NCBI GenBank assembly: GCA_002256025.1
Contig: NKIB01013498.1
Span: 1 to 56,432, forward strand
DNA length: 56,432 nt
Source: Asterionella formosa
Lineage: Eukaryota
Direction: 5' to 3'
Shown: positions 12,400 to 25,992 of the stretch, piece by piece
How positions within the stretch are numbered: position 1 is the stretch's first letter
Layout of the letters: the number at the start of each line of letters is the position of its first letter
The notes under the pieces: generated by a model
What the model was told of the DNA's origin: nothing
The model's database searches: none
What the model saw: only the letters and a program-made list of their open reading frames with translations
Made by a program: the position numbers and the translations under genes

Positions 12400-12800
12400 C
12401 ATCTCATAAAATGGCTATCCAAAGCAAAAGCAATGAATAATTTTTAATGAAGGTATCAAGCTCCATCCTACCAAGCCTTGAAGAAATGCATGGATGTTTC
12501 CTCCCCACCACTTTTGACAAGTTGTCAAATGTTGACAAAACAAATAGAGGTTGAGAAAAGTTTAGTGGATGTCATTCCCTGCACACTACATTACTGTGAA
12601 CCAGTGCAGCTCATGTCATCACTATTATGTGATCCTGATACCATGCAGAATTTTGTATGTCACCCTCAAATATTGTGAGTTGGTCAGACAAAAGTGGATG
12701 AGGCTTGAAACATTAGCATTCAGTCTATTCTACTGAAAGTCCATGAGATGCCAAGCATTTTCTGGTTCCAGGACAAGTGAACCCATGATCTTTGTTGAAA
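12400..12800 (+). pseudogene. N-terminal fragment of a Plavaka-like transposase
   Basis: VIPCTLHYCEPVQLMSSLLCDPDTMQNFV resembles the 'F...L.SLL.D..LM' region of Plavaka transposases. Confidence 0.4.
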
Positions 12801-13949
12801 TCAACAAACTAATTCGTCTGCAAAAAAACTATCATATTTCCATGATGCATCATAGGATTGTGATCATCTGAAAATAATATTTCGTTATATCATCTAATAA
12901 TTTTGATAAATGCCTTTGTAATTGAAATAGTAACCCTTTTTGACTACATATATTTAATTATCATATGCATTGTTGCTATTTGATTCCTGTATTCGAATTT
13001 CTTGGTAGGATAATGTACCAGTTCAAGTAATGTAATTATGATCGTCATTTCCATCCGTCATCACTCCGATTTTTGCAACAACAACGAAATACTAGCGATG
13101 ACAAGCAGAATGAATGTTTGCGATAACGTCTTCAATTTGTTGGTCAAGTGATCATTATATCTTCGAGTAATCGTCATGTGCAGTGAACCTTTGTTCATAA
13201 TCATTCATCATTCAATTAAGAGTTTACAGGAGAGAAGAAATCATTCGAACTTGTAATGGTTCCGCACACAGGGCACAAAGTAAATCCGTTTCGTCGACTT
13301 CAGCATGACAATTTCGCCAATCAACCCAAAAACAAACACATTCTACTTGTTCTCGTTGACATTTTCAATTCTCACATGATACTACATCTACTATTGAGAT
13401 TCAGCATAGAAGGAGATACGAAAATGTGCGTAACAGACTACTGTCCACATAGCTATAGTTATAGAATGATTCTGATTAGAATGTATTTCATTTTCATATC
13501 GCTCGCTCGTTTCTGCATTTGGCAAACTGTACTTGAATTAACTATTGAACTTGTCTGCATCTTTGATACCATCAAGAGAGCGAAAGCAAGTGGCTCTTTT
13601 CAATGTTGTTTGCTTGTAGGAAAAATTTGAAATCTGTATCATCATTTGCTTGTTGGAATTGTCCATTGCCTCAATCCTGCTTGGCGTGTGCGCACACACA
13701 CTGTCGACTTGTTTTCATTGATATGTTGTTCTTGTATTCACTGTTGAACTTGTCCGCATCTTTGTTAACATCAATAGAGCGACAAGTGGGTTTCTTCATT
13801 GTTGTTTGCTCCTGGAAAAGTCGGTGTCCGTGTCATCCTTATCAATAGGGAGACAAGTTCTTACGCTGGAAAAATTGGTGCTCGTGGTATCATTATTCGC
13901 TCGTTGGAACCACTGTCTGTTTCCTCAAATCTGATATTTCACGGATTTC

Positions 13950-15333
13950 ATGGAAAGGATCAGTCAAACAATAAATGAGACTTACTTCCATTGTTTACAC
14001 TACACGACTTTATGTTTTCGGATTGGAAGATGAAGAAATTATGAAATCAATTGAAGATTCTATTGAATACACTCAAAGATCAAATGAAATTGAACAGATT
14101 CATAATACTCCAGAAAAAATAATGAAGTATGCCAACCGATACAATAGTGGCTGAGATTGAAAAGAAGGAAAGATTGCTTTCGAAGAAGAAACCCAAACAG
14201 TTGGTCTTCGTGGATGAAGACTCTATTCGTACAGAGTCACAGTTCCACCATCCAGTGTCGTATTTTGCTCATCAACCGAAATCGCTGATAATGAAGAAGA
14301 ACTCAGTGATTCTCATTCATTTGATGAACAAAATCATTGGATGTGGCAGACATTTCTTCAGAAGTAGAAATGGTTGATAGCTATAAATGATGGATTATGT
14401 CAAGTCCATGACCCAGGAAAAGATGCAAGTGTGGATGAACATTATGATCAAGTATTTCACCTTGCCCATAAGTACTGAATCATCCCCGGATGCAGAAAAG
14501 AATTGGAATTGTTATGCACCAATACAGGATATCTTCCACAAGAATCCCATATACCTGAAGAAATTGGGTTCTCGGAATCTTTCTATACTGGCACCAAAGC
14601 ACCATTGCAGATCAGTATGGCCACTGAATATGCATGATTCCATGTTATTTCAACCAGAAGATGACAGTGGATGGTCATGTGGACCTTTTACAATTGTGAA
14701 AGTGTTGGAAACTCTTTTGCAATTAGAAAGGAATGGCGAAACCAAATTTCTTGGCAAACGGGCACATTTCCGTTTGGAGATTGAGTCCTGGAAAGCTTTA
14801 AAACGTCAGGTGGTAGCAACAGATCGAACAGACGATTTCTTATCCATTGCATCTGACCCACCAACCAAGTCAACATACTTTCATCTTGGAACAGTTTGGC
14901 CTCAAGTGACAACGACAAACATTCGTGAGGATATGTTTCAGTTGGAAATAACTGTTCTTCAATTTTGTATCGACAAAATTTTGACATCCTATTTAGATTT
15001 AAAACTGTTGAACGAAGTATTTGGACGAGTTCCTTGCAACTCTTCTTTCAAGAAGGATGATGTTGCTACATAAAATCCATGATACAACAAAGTAATAACA
15101 AACTTGCTCCCTTCAAATGGTATAATCATGCACCTCTTGGCCAAATTTCTGGATGCATCAAAATTGACAAAAAGTTGAAAGAAAATTTTGTATCTGATGA
15201 TAGCCCTTCTGGAATCAACTTGAAGAAGTTTGCAGACTCATATCGAACTGCAGTTGAAAAGTGGAGAAGCAAAGTTTCGGACGAAACAAGAAGGACCATC
15301 TTAGGATCTTTGGGAGTGAAAAAGATCAAATAA
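13950..15333 (+). pseudogene. Disrupted ORF with Ulp1/C48 cysteine-protease-like motifs (TE cargo)
   Basis: EQNHWMW (about 14325-14345, alternative frame) and FQPEDDSGWSCGPF resemble the catalytic His and Gln/Cys motifs. Several stops and frameshifts. Confidence 0.45.
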
Positions 15334-15419
15334 TGGACCATTGGGATTATCCAATGTCATCATTTCTTAGGAAATTGTAGTTTGTGAAAACCTCATAATA
15401 ACTAATTTAGTATGCGAAA

Positions 15420-17520
15420 CTGTATTGTTACCATTATCATTTATATTATTCTTATATATATTTATCAACGTTCGCTTGTTAGTTTTTGGTCCCACCCGAT
15501 TGATTTCCATAAATTACATGGAGGCATGAATGGCAACATTAAAATTATCTTTCCGTATCTGTTCCAAAACTTCTTGTGGTGTGTTTCAGAGATTTCCTTG
15601 ATTCCTGTGGTTTCAAAGCAGGAACAACAAATGCTGCCGAAAGTATGTAATGAAATTCAACAACGCTCAATTCAGTTGTATCATTGCATAAGGTGTCTCC
15701 TCTTGCAAAAAACATAAGTTTATGAGTTAATTTTCATTTCAGTTGAACTTTTCAAGGAACGAACACACGCTAAGAGAATGGTTGTTGTGTTGGAGAATAT
15801 AACATTTCCCCAAAGAAGTAGTTTTGCAGGAACTGTGTAGGAACTTGATCCATCTCCCTTCTCCCACTTCTTTTCGACCCAGTCAAACCATTCACGACCA
15901 GAGATTCCTGCCTTTGAATCATTATTCCATTTCGGATGCATGGCATCTGAAAATAGTAGTTTGGCCGGGATCGTTTCTTTCAATTTTAAGATGATTTTAA
16001 AAGTCAATCCTTACAATGGAAACAGGCCCAACCCCATCTTCAAGACTTTTGATTCGTGCTATTTCTATTGCTGAATTGTTCGCAATGCTCTTTACGTAGT
16101 TGGCCCCCTTCGGTAAATCAGGATGAACCAATTGAGACAAGGGTGTATCCTTACTCCATGATACATGCCCTACCTTATTAGGGACATCTACTATAGTCCA
16201 TAGACCATTTGATGATGAAGCAGAAAATTGAACGTTAACAGGAAGGGTATAGTCCATAGACCATTTGATGATGAAGCAGAAAATTGAACTTTAACAGGAA
16301 GGGCTGGTGAATGGATTTTGGTAGGCGATATTCCCAAATTTTCAGGCGACCTACTAGGCAACATCATTGTATCCGGAATCATTCCTTCGAAATCAATTTC
16401 TGTTGAAATACCCTCATTTACATTGATGGTATTTTCTCTACTCATCTTCTTTTGTTTGTTTTCTGTATGTAATAAATCACTTACAAAAACAATTTTTCGT
16501 GCCAAGGCAAACTGCCTTGTTTCATATGACCTTGTTAAAATGTCATGCTTTAATCGATGTAATTGTCCGTTGACACGCTTACTGGGTCGTTTCAATTTGT
16601 CTTAAAAAACTCCAAATATCCACCAAAGAAATGAAGAGGAGATCCGAACTTCCTAATCAGATGTGGGTAATGTTTCGGCCTCATTCCATGAAATTTGGCC
16701 ATTCGTAAGCCAATTTGAGATATCATTTCCCGTTGGGGACCAATCATAATCTTAGTAACTGACATAAATCTCTTCACCCTTTTCTCTAAAATATCAATAC
16801 ATGTTGATGTATATTGTGGTATGAATAAAGTGTCATTGATAGATACACATAACCATAACAGCAATGTGAAATCCTTTTCTAGGTGCATGTTCTCTGAACC
16901 CATCATTCCATCCATTGAAAAAATAGTTAACAGACATAATCCGGGAATTTCTTGCCTTGCCCTGACATTTTCGACAAAGCTGTCATCCCAGATCTGTATG
17001 ACAATTTTGGAATATCACGATCGCTTTGCCTTGCTTTCCAAATGACTATTGATATATCTAGCACTTTGTTCGAAGTATAATATAGTTTTGAAAATACATT
17101 TCTGGTGCTGGTACAAGTGTTGGGTCTTGATTTTTTCCAGTGTAGATATTTTTGATAACTGGTGCGTGTGTCCCTTTTGGTCTTTGCCCGTTTCTTCGGT
17201 TGCTCTTGATCAAGAAAATCAGAGTATGTTGTTTCAGTGTTACGTTTATGATTGGAGATGTTTTCTGGAAATCTGGAGATTTTCTTTCTTAAAAAAAACA
17301 TGTCCATTCTTCAGGGATAGTCCGATAATTGTACAATCGCTCTTCGAAAGGCGACAATAGAAATCCTGTAACAGAATGATATAATTTGAGTCTACATAAG
17401 GACAAGGTGTCACCAGATAACTTATTATTCATTTGTTTCTCCAGATCACTGACTTCAATGTCTGACAAAAGAGAAACTAATTGCCATCCATCAACTTTTT
17501 TCTTTCTTCTAAAGTTAAGC
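15420..17520 (-). pseudogene. Plavaka (CACTA/EnSpm-related) transposase pseudogene
   Basis: Motifs in colinear order across frames: ARQSDRDIPKLSYRSGMTALSKMSGQ/EIPGLCLL, LRMAKFHG..HYPHLIRKFGSPLHFFGG..LKRPSKR, MHPKW...EWFDWVEKKW...VPAKLL, LSVVEFHYILSAAFVVP. Confidence 0.72.
16192..16303. repeat. 56-bp tandem duplication inside the transposase pseudogene
   Basis: TATAGTCCATAGACCATTTGATGATGAAGCAGAAAATTGAAC.TTAACAGGAAGGG at 16192 and 16248, one mismatch. Confidence 0.95.
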
Positions 17521-17912
17521 AAAAAGGGATGCTCGGAATCTCCATCCGGGAATTATTAATGGTATCATCAACAGGAGCCAATTTTCTTGTATCAATAACT
17601 GAAGTAGAAACGTCATCATCGCTGTCAGTATCAATTACGGGATCCTTTGTACTAGTAGCTGATGGTGTCCTCATTGACAATGAGGTATTACCCCCAATGT
17701 CTCCCAATCGTTGATTGGGTTGCTTTGGATAATCACCTATTCGCTTTTTCTTTGTAAACTCATTTTGGAACTTGCTTCTTTGTTCCATACCGGCAGTATT
17801 TGCCACATGTCGCTTGTTTCCATGAACCTCTTAATGGTTTCTTGAAGACATTGCTTGTACTACTTGATAACTGTTGTCGTTGTCTTCCGTAAAATTCGAT
17901 GACCTTAACTTC

Positions 17913-18282
17913 ATTTACTGTCCCGCTGCAGTAGCAGCAGTCATAGACATATGGTGTTCTATTGCTTGCTTATTACTCCGACATAGGCTTTTCAGTTTCA
18001 CAATCATACAATCCTAAAACTATGATGATTTACTGTCCCACTGCAGTAGCAACAGTCCTGAACATATGGTGTTCTATTGGTTTTTAGTTTTACAATCATA
18101 CGATTCTAAAACTATGATGATTTACTGTCCCACTGCAGTAGCAACAGTCCTGAACATATGGTGTTCTATTGGGTTTTTAATTTTACGATCATATGATCCT
18201 AAAACTATGATGATTTACTGTCCCACTGCAGTAGCAACAGTCCTGAACATATGGTGTTCTGTTGCTAGTTTACTACTCCGAC
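17913..18282. repeat. Tandem minisatellite, about 92-93-bp unit, about 4 copies
   Basis: Core TTTACTGTCCC.CTGCAGTAGCA.CAGTC...ACATATGGTGTTCT starts at 17914, 18029, 18121 and 18214. Confidence 0.95.
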
Positions 18283-20518
18283 TACCCCCAGTATATCACT
18301 TACTACCTGCTACTGGTACTCTGTATATATATATATATATATATGATATATTGTTATTGTCATATGGTGTTCCGGTACACATGAAGAGCTCCCGCCCAAA
18401 AAAGGTGCTTAAACAATTTGCTACCAAAACCCTTGCGGTTATGACTTACACCAATTGAATGGTCTAAATAATTAGTTTCAACAGACGAAGAAAATATCGA
18501 TGCAAAAAAATTTCAGAAACAATTCCGGTACATGTAGTCGTGGAAAACAATGGACATATAGTGCATTGAGTATTTTCGAATTATGTATATGCGAGTATGA
18601 TCATCTCAACCATATCAGATGTTCCATATCGAGAGCGCCTTTGAATTTTACAAATGTATAACACTATATATATATATATATATATTTACAAATTTTATTA
18701 CTATATTCATGGCATATATATTTTTGAAATCGTTCTGTCATGTTAACAAACAATGCCTGCTGCTTCATGAAAAGATACGTCGTAGTAAAGCACATGACAA
18801 GAAAAGAAAGTTTATGCAATACATAATGAAAAATATTGTGGCTTCGACACATTGCGCCTTCGAAGGATGGAGAATGTTAAAGGTAATGAAGCCATCAATG
18901 TGGTACTTGGATGACAATCGTTGCGAGGCAGGACAACAAAAAATTGTTAACTAAACGCACATTTCCTTTTTTCTCAGTTGATTCAACAGCTCGTGTCGCT
19001 TGTTGGGGAGCACCAAGAATGTTAAACAAAACCAAATTGCTTAAGTGCTCATGTCGCTCGTTGGACCTATTCACTTCAGTTGGAACAAAACTGACAAAAC
19101 GTTTACCTTCCTCTCAAAGTTGAGCTGACAAAAATGAACCAGTACGTTTTGTTCGACAACATTGGATACCCGAAACTTACTTATTCAAGAATTTACTGAC
19201 AAGTTACTATTACAGACTTATGCATCAGTTGCATTGATTTGTGGTAAGTGAAGCAAGAGGATACGATGGAATTGCGTGTTCTTGTGTCAATGTAACATGA
19301 CTAGCTAACAAATCATTCCTTCTCATTGTTACTGTAGCAGCAGGGAGAGAGACACAACATTAGTTAGGCATTGCTTGGCACAAGATTCAGAAAAGAGGAA
19401 GAAAAGGGTAAGACAGGAACAATATACATTGAGCCAAGTAGAGAGAGAAACGTTGGGTCGCTGGCATGTAGATTAATAGATAGAATTGCTTAATTTGATA
19501 GTTAAATTATGATCCATTTATTTTGAACAATGCTTGTGATTAGAATTATGATCATGTTTACAATAGATTTACAATGAAAAAATTCACATGATAGCATAGA
19601 GTTGAGCTTATTTTAGGATGCGTTGTAGTAATGATTTACATCAGGCGATCACGAGAAGTGAAAATAATATGAGAAGGTTTATGATATTGACGAGAAAAGT
19701 TGTCGATCAGTTTATATACATTGTGTGATCATAATGTTCTTATTATCATTATACTTCAAGGTCGGTAACATATTAATAAATCAACATAGTTACAAGATAC
19801 CTTGATCATATTTTTGATCCAAAAATTATCATATATGCGAAAATCCTGTGCCACTTAGCGTACGATACCCTTGATCCTATGTGCATGATACTTTTTATTT
19901 GCAGACGATTACAGTAGGGCTTTCTGGTACTAGATTACTAGATTATTTTCAATTCCTTAAACTCTCAACTTATCCTGGGTGTCAAATTTTAGACTTTTAA
20001 CGTTTATATTACCAGTAAGTCTGAAAAATGGCCAGGATTGGCTGAGAAATGAAGGAGGAGATCATCACATTGCAATTGACCTGCCCTCACTACATATTTC
20101 ATGATGCATGCCACTGCACCTACAAAGCCAATTTTTTATTGATTAAACCAAGATCAGTTGCTCTTTAGTCACATCTAGTTTGAAGCTCAGCATGCTGGAT
20201 GAGCAAGGAAGTGACTTTGTTCCCCATGTGGTGGATAGAAAAGAGGCCGCCTATCCTTCTCCTGACCTTCCTGTTGTCCGTCCACCCGTACGGCAACTGG
20301 TCTTGATTGGTAGACCATGAAGAATGTACCAGGAAATAGTAATGTGTGATAGAGTGGAGACCACCGATTCTTTTTCGTCGGATTCTCCCGCCTACATGTT
20401 TTATGATTTGTGTAATAATCTTCGGTATTTCCCAGGAATGTACATCATACAAACTAAGATAGATACACCACCCTAATACTTGGTTCGCTACTGTCTGCCG
20501 ACAACGAGGATATCAACC

Positions 20519-23154
20519 ATGGCAACTTTATTACCATCGCTCTCCTCAGACGAAGAGGACAACTCTAAATCTAACGCGCTTGAAGATGAAGGAGAAAGTG
20601 AAGATGAGGTCGATGCTGAATTTGAGTTCGGAGGAATTCTGGTAAGCTTCTGTCATTCGATTTTGTGGCGCTGACATGCGTATACTTGTTCCAGTCAGCG
20701 CTGTTCCTCACGCTCTCGGCTTCCTATAAATAGGGTGAAGATGGTGGTTCTACGTGGCATGGAACTTCCAAGGGTTGGAATTATCAGTCTGCCTTGGACA
20801 TTTTGGAAAAGAACGATTCAAACCTTTCATCAACGGTCCCGAGGACTGATGTTGCTTCCATCATTGCTGCGAAACGGAAAATCTTAAAGAATCCCAATGG
20901 AACCGATGCAATAGATCAAAAGAAAGTAGATTTAAATAGTGAAGACGAAAGTGGTTCTGAGGGATCAGAATCTGGAGAGGAATCAAACGATGATGATAAG
21001 GGGGACAACGATGACGAAGGCAACGAAGAACGAAGCAGCAGCGACGATGAGGACGACGAAGTCGATGACGCTGAAGCAGATATGGAGGAAGATGCGCTCA
21101 AAATGAGATCTGGTCTAGGAAAGGAAGGTGAAGATGTAGAAGGTGACGATCAAGATGAGGCTGCAAAAGCTGCAGCATATTTCGAAACAAAAGATGAAGA
21201 CAACGGAAATCAGATCGAGGTATTTTCTCAGTTGCCACTCTCTCGACCTCTTCTTCGAGGTGTTGCTGCAATGGGATTCGTCAAACCAACGCCAATTCAG
21301 GCCTCTGTAATTCCAGTTGCCCTTGGTGGTCGGGATGTTTGTGCCAGTGCAGTAACAGGATCTGGAAAGACGGCCGCGTTCCTCCTTCCCATTCTTGAAC
21401 GAATCTTTCAACGAAAAGTGGGTGGGACTAAGGCGCTCATTCTTACACCCACACGCGAACTTGCCGCTCAATGTGTAGGTATGATGTCCACAATAGCTCA
21501 GTTTACAAAGATAAGAGCGTGCCTAATTGTCGGTGGAGCCAAGAATGTTAATGCTCAGGCTGCCGAACTTCGGACGCGACCTGATGTTGTCGTTGCTACT
21601 CCAGGTCGCCTCTTGGACCATGTGACCAACTCTAGCGGTGTGACACTCGACGATATTGAATTTCTAATCTTGGATGAGGCGGATAGACTTCTGGACTTGG
21701 GATTCCAAGAAGAGGTGCATGAGATTATTAAAGCTTGCCCAACTGAACGACAAACCATGCTTTTCAGTGCCACAATGACTACCAAGGTCGATGATTTGAT
21801 CAAACTCAGCTTGAAACGACCTGTTCGAGTCAAAGTTAGCAACAGACAAAATGTCAGTGGTACGGATGTAGAGGTAGCTGAACGCCTCGAGCAAGAGTTT
21901 GTTCGTATTCGAGCAGGAAATGAAGGGATCAACCGTGAGGGTATGCTGCTGGCGCTCTTGACACGCACATTCTCCACAAGGACGATTGTCTTCTTCGATA
22001 CCAAGATAAAGGCCCATCGGCTCATGATTTTGTGTGGTCTATGTGGTATCAAGTGTTCGGAGCTACATGGGAACTTGACTCAAACGCAGCGATTGCAAGC
22101 GCTGGAGGACTTTCGCAACGGCGATGTTGATATTCTTCTTGCCACCGATCTCGCAGCCCGTGGTTTGGACATTGATCGCGTAGAATCTGTCCTCAACTTT
22201 GAAATGCCCAACCAAGTGGAGACCTACGTACATCGTATTGGGCGAACTGCTCGCGCTGGTCGTGGTGGAAAGGCGTGCACTTTGATCGGGGAAGGTCGAC
22301 GTCATTTGATGAAAGACGTCATCAAGGATGCAGAAGAAAAAATGAAGCAATCAAAAAGCAGTGCGTCGAACAAGTTGCAGTCTGGAGTCATTCGGTCTCG
22401 AACGGTTCCACCTGGTGTGGTTGCCCACTTTGTTGAAAAGATCAAGTCGTTGGAGTCTCACGTTGACGAAGTGTTGCAGGCTGAGGCTGTGGCTAAAATG
22501 GATCGTGTCGTAGAGATGGAGCTGATGAAAGCCCAGAATCTCCTTGAACACGGAGAGGAGATCAGATCTCGGCCTCAACGAGAATGGTTTGCGTCAAACA
22601 AAGAGAAACAATCGTCCAAAGAAGCAGCGAAGGAAAAGGCTCTGCTGATAGCAGAAAAAGTTGGAACTGGGACTCACCGTATGACTCGAAAGAAGCGACG
22701 AGCACGTGAGACGAAAGAAGAGTTTCTTCGTTTTCAAGATCAAGAGCGACAGGATGCAGAAGAATCGGGTCGAACTGCCAAAAGAGTTGTCACCGATCAA
22801 GCCATCAAGGTCACAGCACGGGCTCACAAAAAGGAAATCACAGAAAAGAAAGCCGAACGCAATACACAATCTATCAACGATGAAGATATGGCTTTCAAGC
22901 AAAAAAAGCAAAAGACAGAAAAGAAGAAGAAACTTAAAGGCGCCTTTGCTGACGATGCCATGGGAGATTCTAGCCTATTTGATGATGAGAAGATCCTACA
23001 TGCCAAGAAATCAAAGAATGGTGATGTGGACGAGCGAGCTGGTAGCAGTTTCGCATTTCGGGGCTTCGACCCAAGTATGGCTGATAAGAAGAAACCAAAG
23101 ATCAAATCGGTGAAATCTTTCAAGTCAAAGGCGAAGTACAAGCGAAGGAAGTGA
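20519..23154 (+). CDS. DRS1: DEAD-box RNA helicase DDX27/Drs1 (60S biogenesis); 2 exons (20519-20641, 20734-23154), about 847 aa
   Basis: Q motif GFVKPTPIQ, AVTGSGKT, PTRELA, TPGRL, DEAD, SAT, TDLAARGLD, YVHRIGRTARAG. Drs1-type SRPQREWF and KSKAKYKRRK ends. In-frame GT-AG intron. Confidence 0.93.
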
Positions 23155-24071
23155 AAATAGATCGATTTCATAGCACGTTCTGGTTGATGCCGTAGGTTAG
23201 CTATCAATGCCATTCTAGCGCAATCAACGGGCCGAAATGAATCATTCTTGTATTTACTCCTTACAAATTGCAATTCTTTAATCTGGGTCCTTTCCGTGAA
23301 TCACACCAAGTACTCGTCTGCAGTAGTGATTTTGATATTTTGTGTACTAGACCTTGACACGGCTTTCCTAGCAAATCAAGATCCGATGGGGATTGGTAAA
23401 TAGGAAGAGAGTGGCTGCATAATACGGAGCAAGAAATTTGTTTACATCAACATCTCATGTAAACTCGAGTACTGGTACGGTAATAGGCCTGATTTATTGC
23501 CGATATTGTACATAGCATTAATCGAGTCTGTCCCCATGTGATGCCAGCAACTGTGAGGAATTGATTGTATTCTAAAGTTTTAATACGGTTTTTTAAATAC
23601 TACATCATGAATACTAGACTGTAAATAGATGAGCGAAGTCAGTCACACTTTTACCTACCGTTGATCGAAACCGTGATGACATCATCCGTGTACAGCTCCG
23701 GGTTGTTTGAGTGAGCAGCTGTGCGATCTTGAACTGATCTTCCTCGTTCATCTGGTATTTCAATCGTAACCATGCGACATCAAGAACTTTTGGGTGATTA
23801 TTCCTATGTATACCGGTATATATGTACTGATGCATTTCTATAACCCTGGTTCCTGGTCCCGTACCTGTTAGTCTATATTTACCTAGATATACCGGTACTT
23901 GTCTACCATACGGGTACACAACAAACCTTAACCTGAGCAAATTTTGAACTTTGACATGATATTTGTGAAAAGAATATAAATCCCATTTGTACTCTGTGAA
24001 CCCCCTTCATAATTTTGGGAAGTCATCAAGTGAGAAACCTGCAACCTAAAAAATCGCCAAGGGACCAGACC

Positions 24072-25655
24072 ATGATCTCTTACGTAGTGATCTCATCCAT
24101 TCTTTCGATGATTGAAACTCAAGCATTCTTGCCAGTAGCGCGACCTTCCTTTGGTCACCACATCATCGAGATGCAAACGCCTCTCCGTAATAGCCATCAT
24201 GACGAGGAAGAAACATGTGACGATTGGAGAGCTTTTCGAGCCAATCTCGTCATGGGAGAGCGCGATGGTGATCATACAAAAGCTACCACTACATGGACAT
24301 ACGAACAACCCGTTCTCGAACGAGGTTCGCTGCTTGTTCATCATCCTCGTTCTGAGAATTCACACTACGGATTGACAGATCAACTGCAATTTCTGTACAG
24401 GAGCGTTGTTATGATTGTTGAGCTGAATCCTCAAGTAACTGTTGGTCTTGTGTTGAATCGACCTACCAATATTGCACTTCCAGACGATTTCTTGAACGTG
24501 CCAATCATGTATGGGGGCAATCAATTTGGTATTCACAACGCACACCAGTCGCAGAAGTTGTACTTTTTGCATCGCTTGGAAAACAATGAAGATCATGACT
24601 GTATATTGCCGGGACTTTACTTGACGAGCCCTTTAGAAGCCAAATGCATGGTTGACCAAGGGATAGTCAACAACAAGGATGACCTACTTGCATTTTGCGG
24701 TTTTGTGACTTGGAATACGATGAAGCTAGTGGGCGAGATGGATACCGGCGAGTGGCACATTGTCAGTGTCGATCCTTCAACGCTCTACCAGGAAGTTCTG
24801 TCCATCCAACAAAAAGATCACGATGATCGTGATGTCGTGTGGAGTACCTTTATGAATAGAATTGATCACAATGTAGATGATGGCGAAACCAGTAATTCCT
24901 TTGATGATCGAATGCTTCACGAATGGATGCGGATAAAGCTTTCAAACTTACATTTTCCTGAAAAATTGTCACCGCGTGCTCCCCTCGAATCTGGCATGAT
25001 GCTTCGAGCTTCGCCCGATACATATATCTTGGATCACCAAGGGTTTCACGAGTCGCTGCTGCTGCTCCTCCAAGTCGACGATGACTTTGCCGTGGGCGTG
25101 TTATTGAATCATCCGACTGTTGACTCGACAGACAATCACTTAGGAAACATCCCTATTCGTTACGGTGGTCACTATGACATGGTAGACACAGAAGAAGAAA
25201 TGGCACCATTATGTTTGACTATGCTTGGTGAATTAGGTTATGGCAGTGAAAGGGTTGGGCAATCGTTTTGGAGATCAAACCTGGATCAAGCGGAAGATGC
25301 TATAGTTCGTCAAACTAGACAACAACATGACTTCATTGTGTTGCGGGGACTTGAAATATGGGATAGTGAAGGTGGAAGCAATCAATTGTTGGACGATTAC
25401 CAAGATGGGAAGTGGGATGTAGTGGAATCGGAACATCTGCCTCAGGTCTGGGATATGTTACGCTCGCAGCATGCGTTATCGCCCCTGACGATGGAATCGA
25501 ATATAGATATTTCGCATCATGCCTGGCTCCTGGCTGGAGGCATTAATATTAACGAGAAAGAAAACACAGTGGCTGCAACTGCCGAGTTGGGCCGGGACGC
25601 AGTCAAGGTGTGGGTAACGACGACTCTCATGGACGATTCTGAGATGACACCCTAA
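24072..25655 (+). CDS. Protein with two DUF179 (YqgE/AlgH-like) domains and a probable plastid presequence
   Basis: DDWRAFRANLV; YRSVVMIVE...VGLVLNRPT...IMYGG; second copy FHESLLLLL...VGVLLNHPT...IRYGG. N-terminus MISYVVISSILSMIETQAF. Confidence 0.8.
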   Translation: MISYVVISSILSMIETQAFLPVARPSFGHHIIEMQTPLRNSHHDEEETCDDWRAFRANLVMGERDGDHTKATTTWTYEQPVLERGSLLVHHPRSENSHYGLTDQLQFLYRSVVMIVELNPQVTVGLVLNRPTNIALPDDFLNVPIMYGGNQFGIHNAHQSQKLYFLHRLENNEDHDCILPGLYLTSPLEAKCMVDQGIVNNKDDLLAFCGFVTWNTMKLVGEMDTGEWHIVSVDPSTLYQEVLSIQQKDHDDRDVVWSTFMNRIDHNVDDGETSNSFDDRMLHEWMRIKLSNLHFPEKLSPRAPLESGMMLRASPDTYILDHQGFHESLLLLLQVDDDFAVGVLLNHPTVDSTDNHLGNIPIRYGGHYDMVDTEEEMAPLCLTMLGELGYGSERVGQSFWRSNLDQAEDAIVRQTRQQHDFIVLRGLEIWDSEGGSNQLLDDYQDGKWDVVESEHLPQVWDMLRSQHALSPLTMESNIDISHHAWLLAGGININEKENTVAATAELGRDAVKVWVTTTLMDDSEMTP

Positions 25656-25992
25656 CCACCTGTCAGGTAAATGGATTGAATTTTTCATAGAATCAATGAG
25701 GGAAATCTTCACGGTGCCACATCCATGATCTGCAATGCAACCAGAAAATGACTCCATACTCCCAAAACAAATTTCCTGCTAAAGGACTTCCTCAAAGCGA
25801 ATTCTTGTCGAAATCGCAAGGGAATTCCATTTAGCGATGAGGCCCACCCTCTCGAAAGTCCGACTCGTAATACTCTTCTGCTACACGTTCTTCATCGTAC
25901 AGGTCAGTCAAGTTCTAGCTATTATATAAAGTGGCAGATGGCACTGTTTCTATAGTTCTCCATTGTATACTTAAATATTGGTTTTCCCCAAA

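Noticed and set aside
17913..18282. CRISPR-like array
   Set aside because: Whole units repeat with no unique spacers, there are no cas genes, and the context is eukaryotic. It is a minisatellite.
20916..23273. Antisense and alternate-frame ORFs over DRS1 (likewise over USP, WD40, Lhcr, PI-PLC)
   Set aside because: Shadow ORFs of real coding sequences with no independent motifs.
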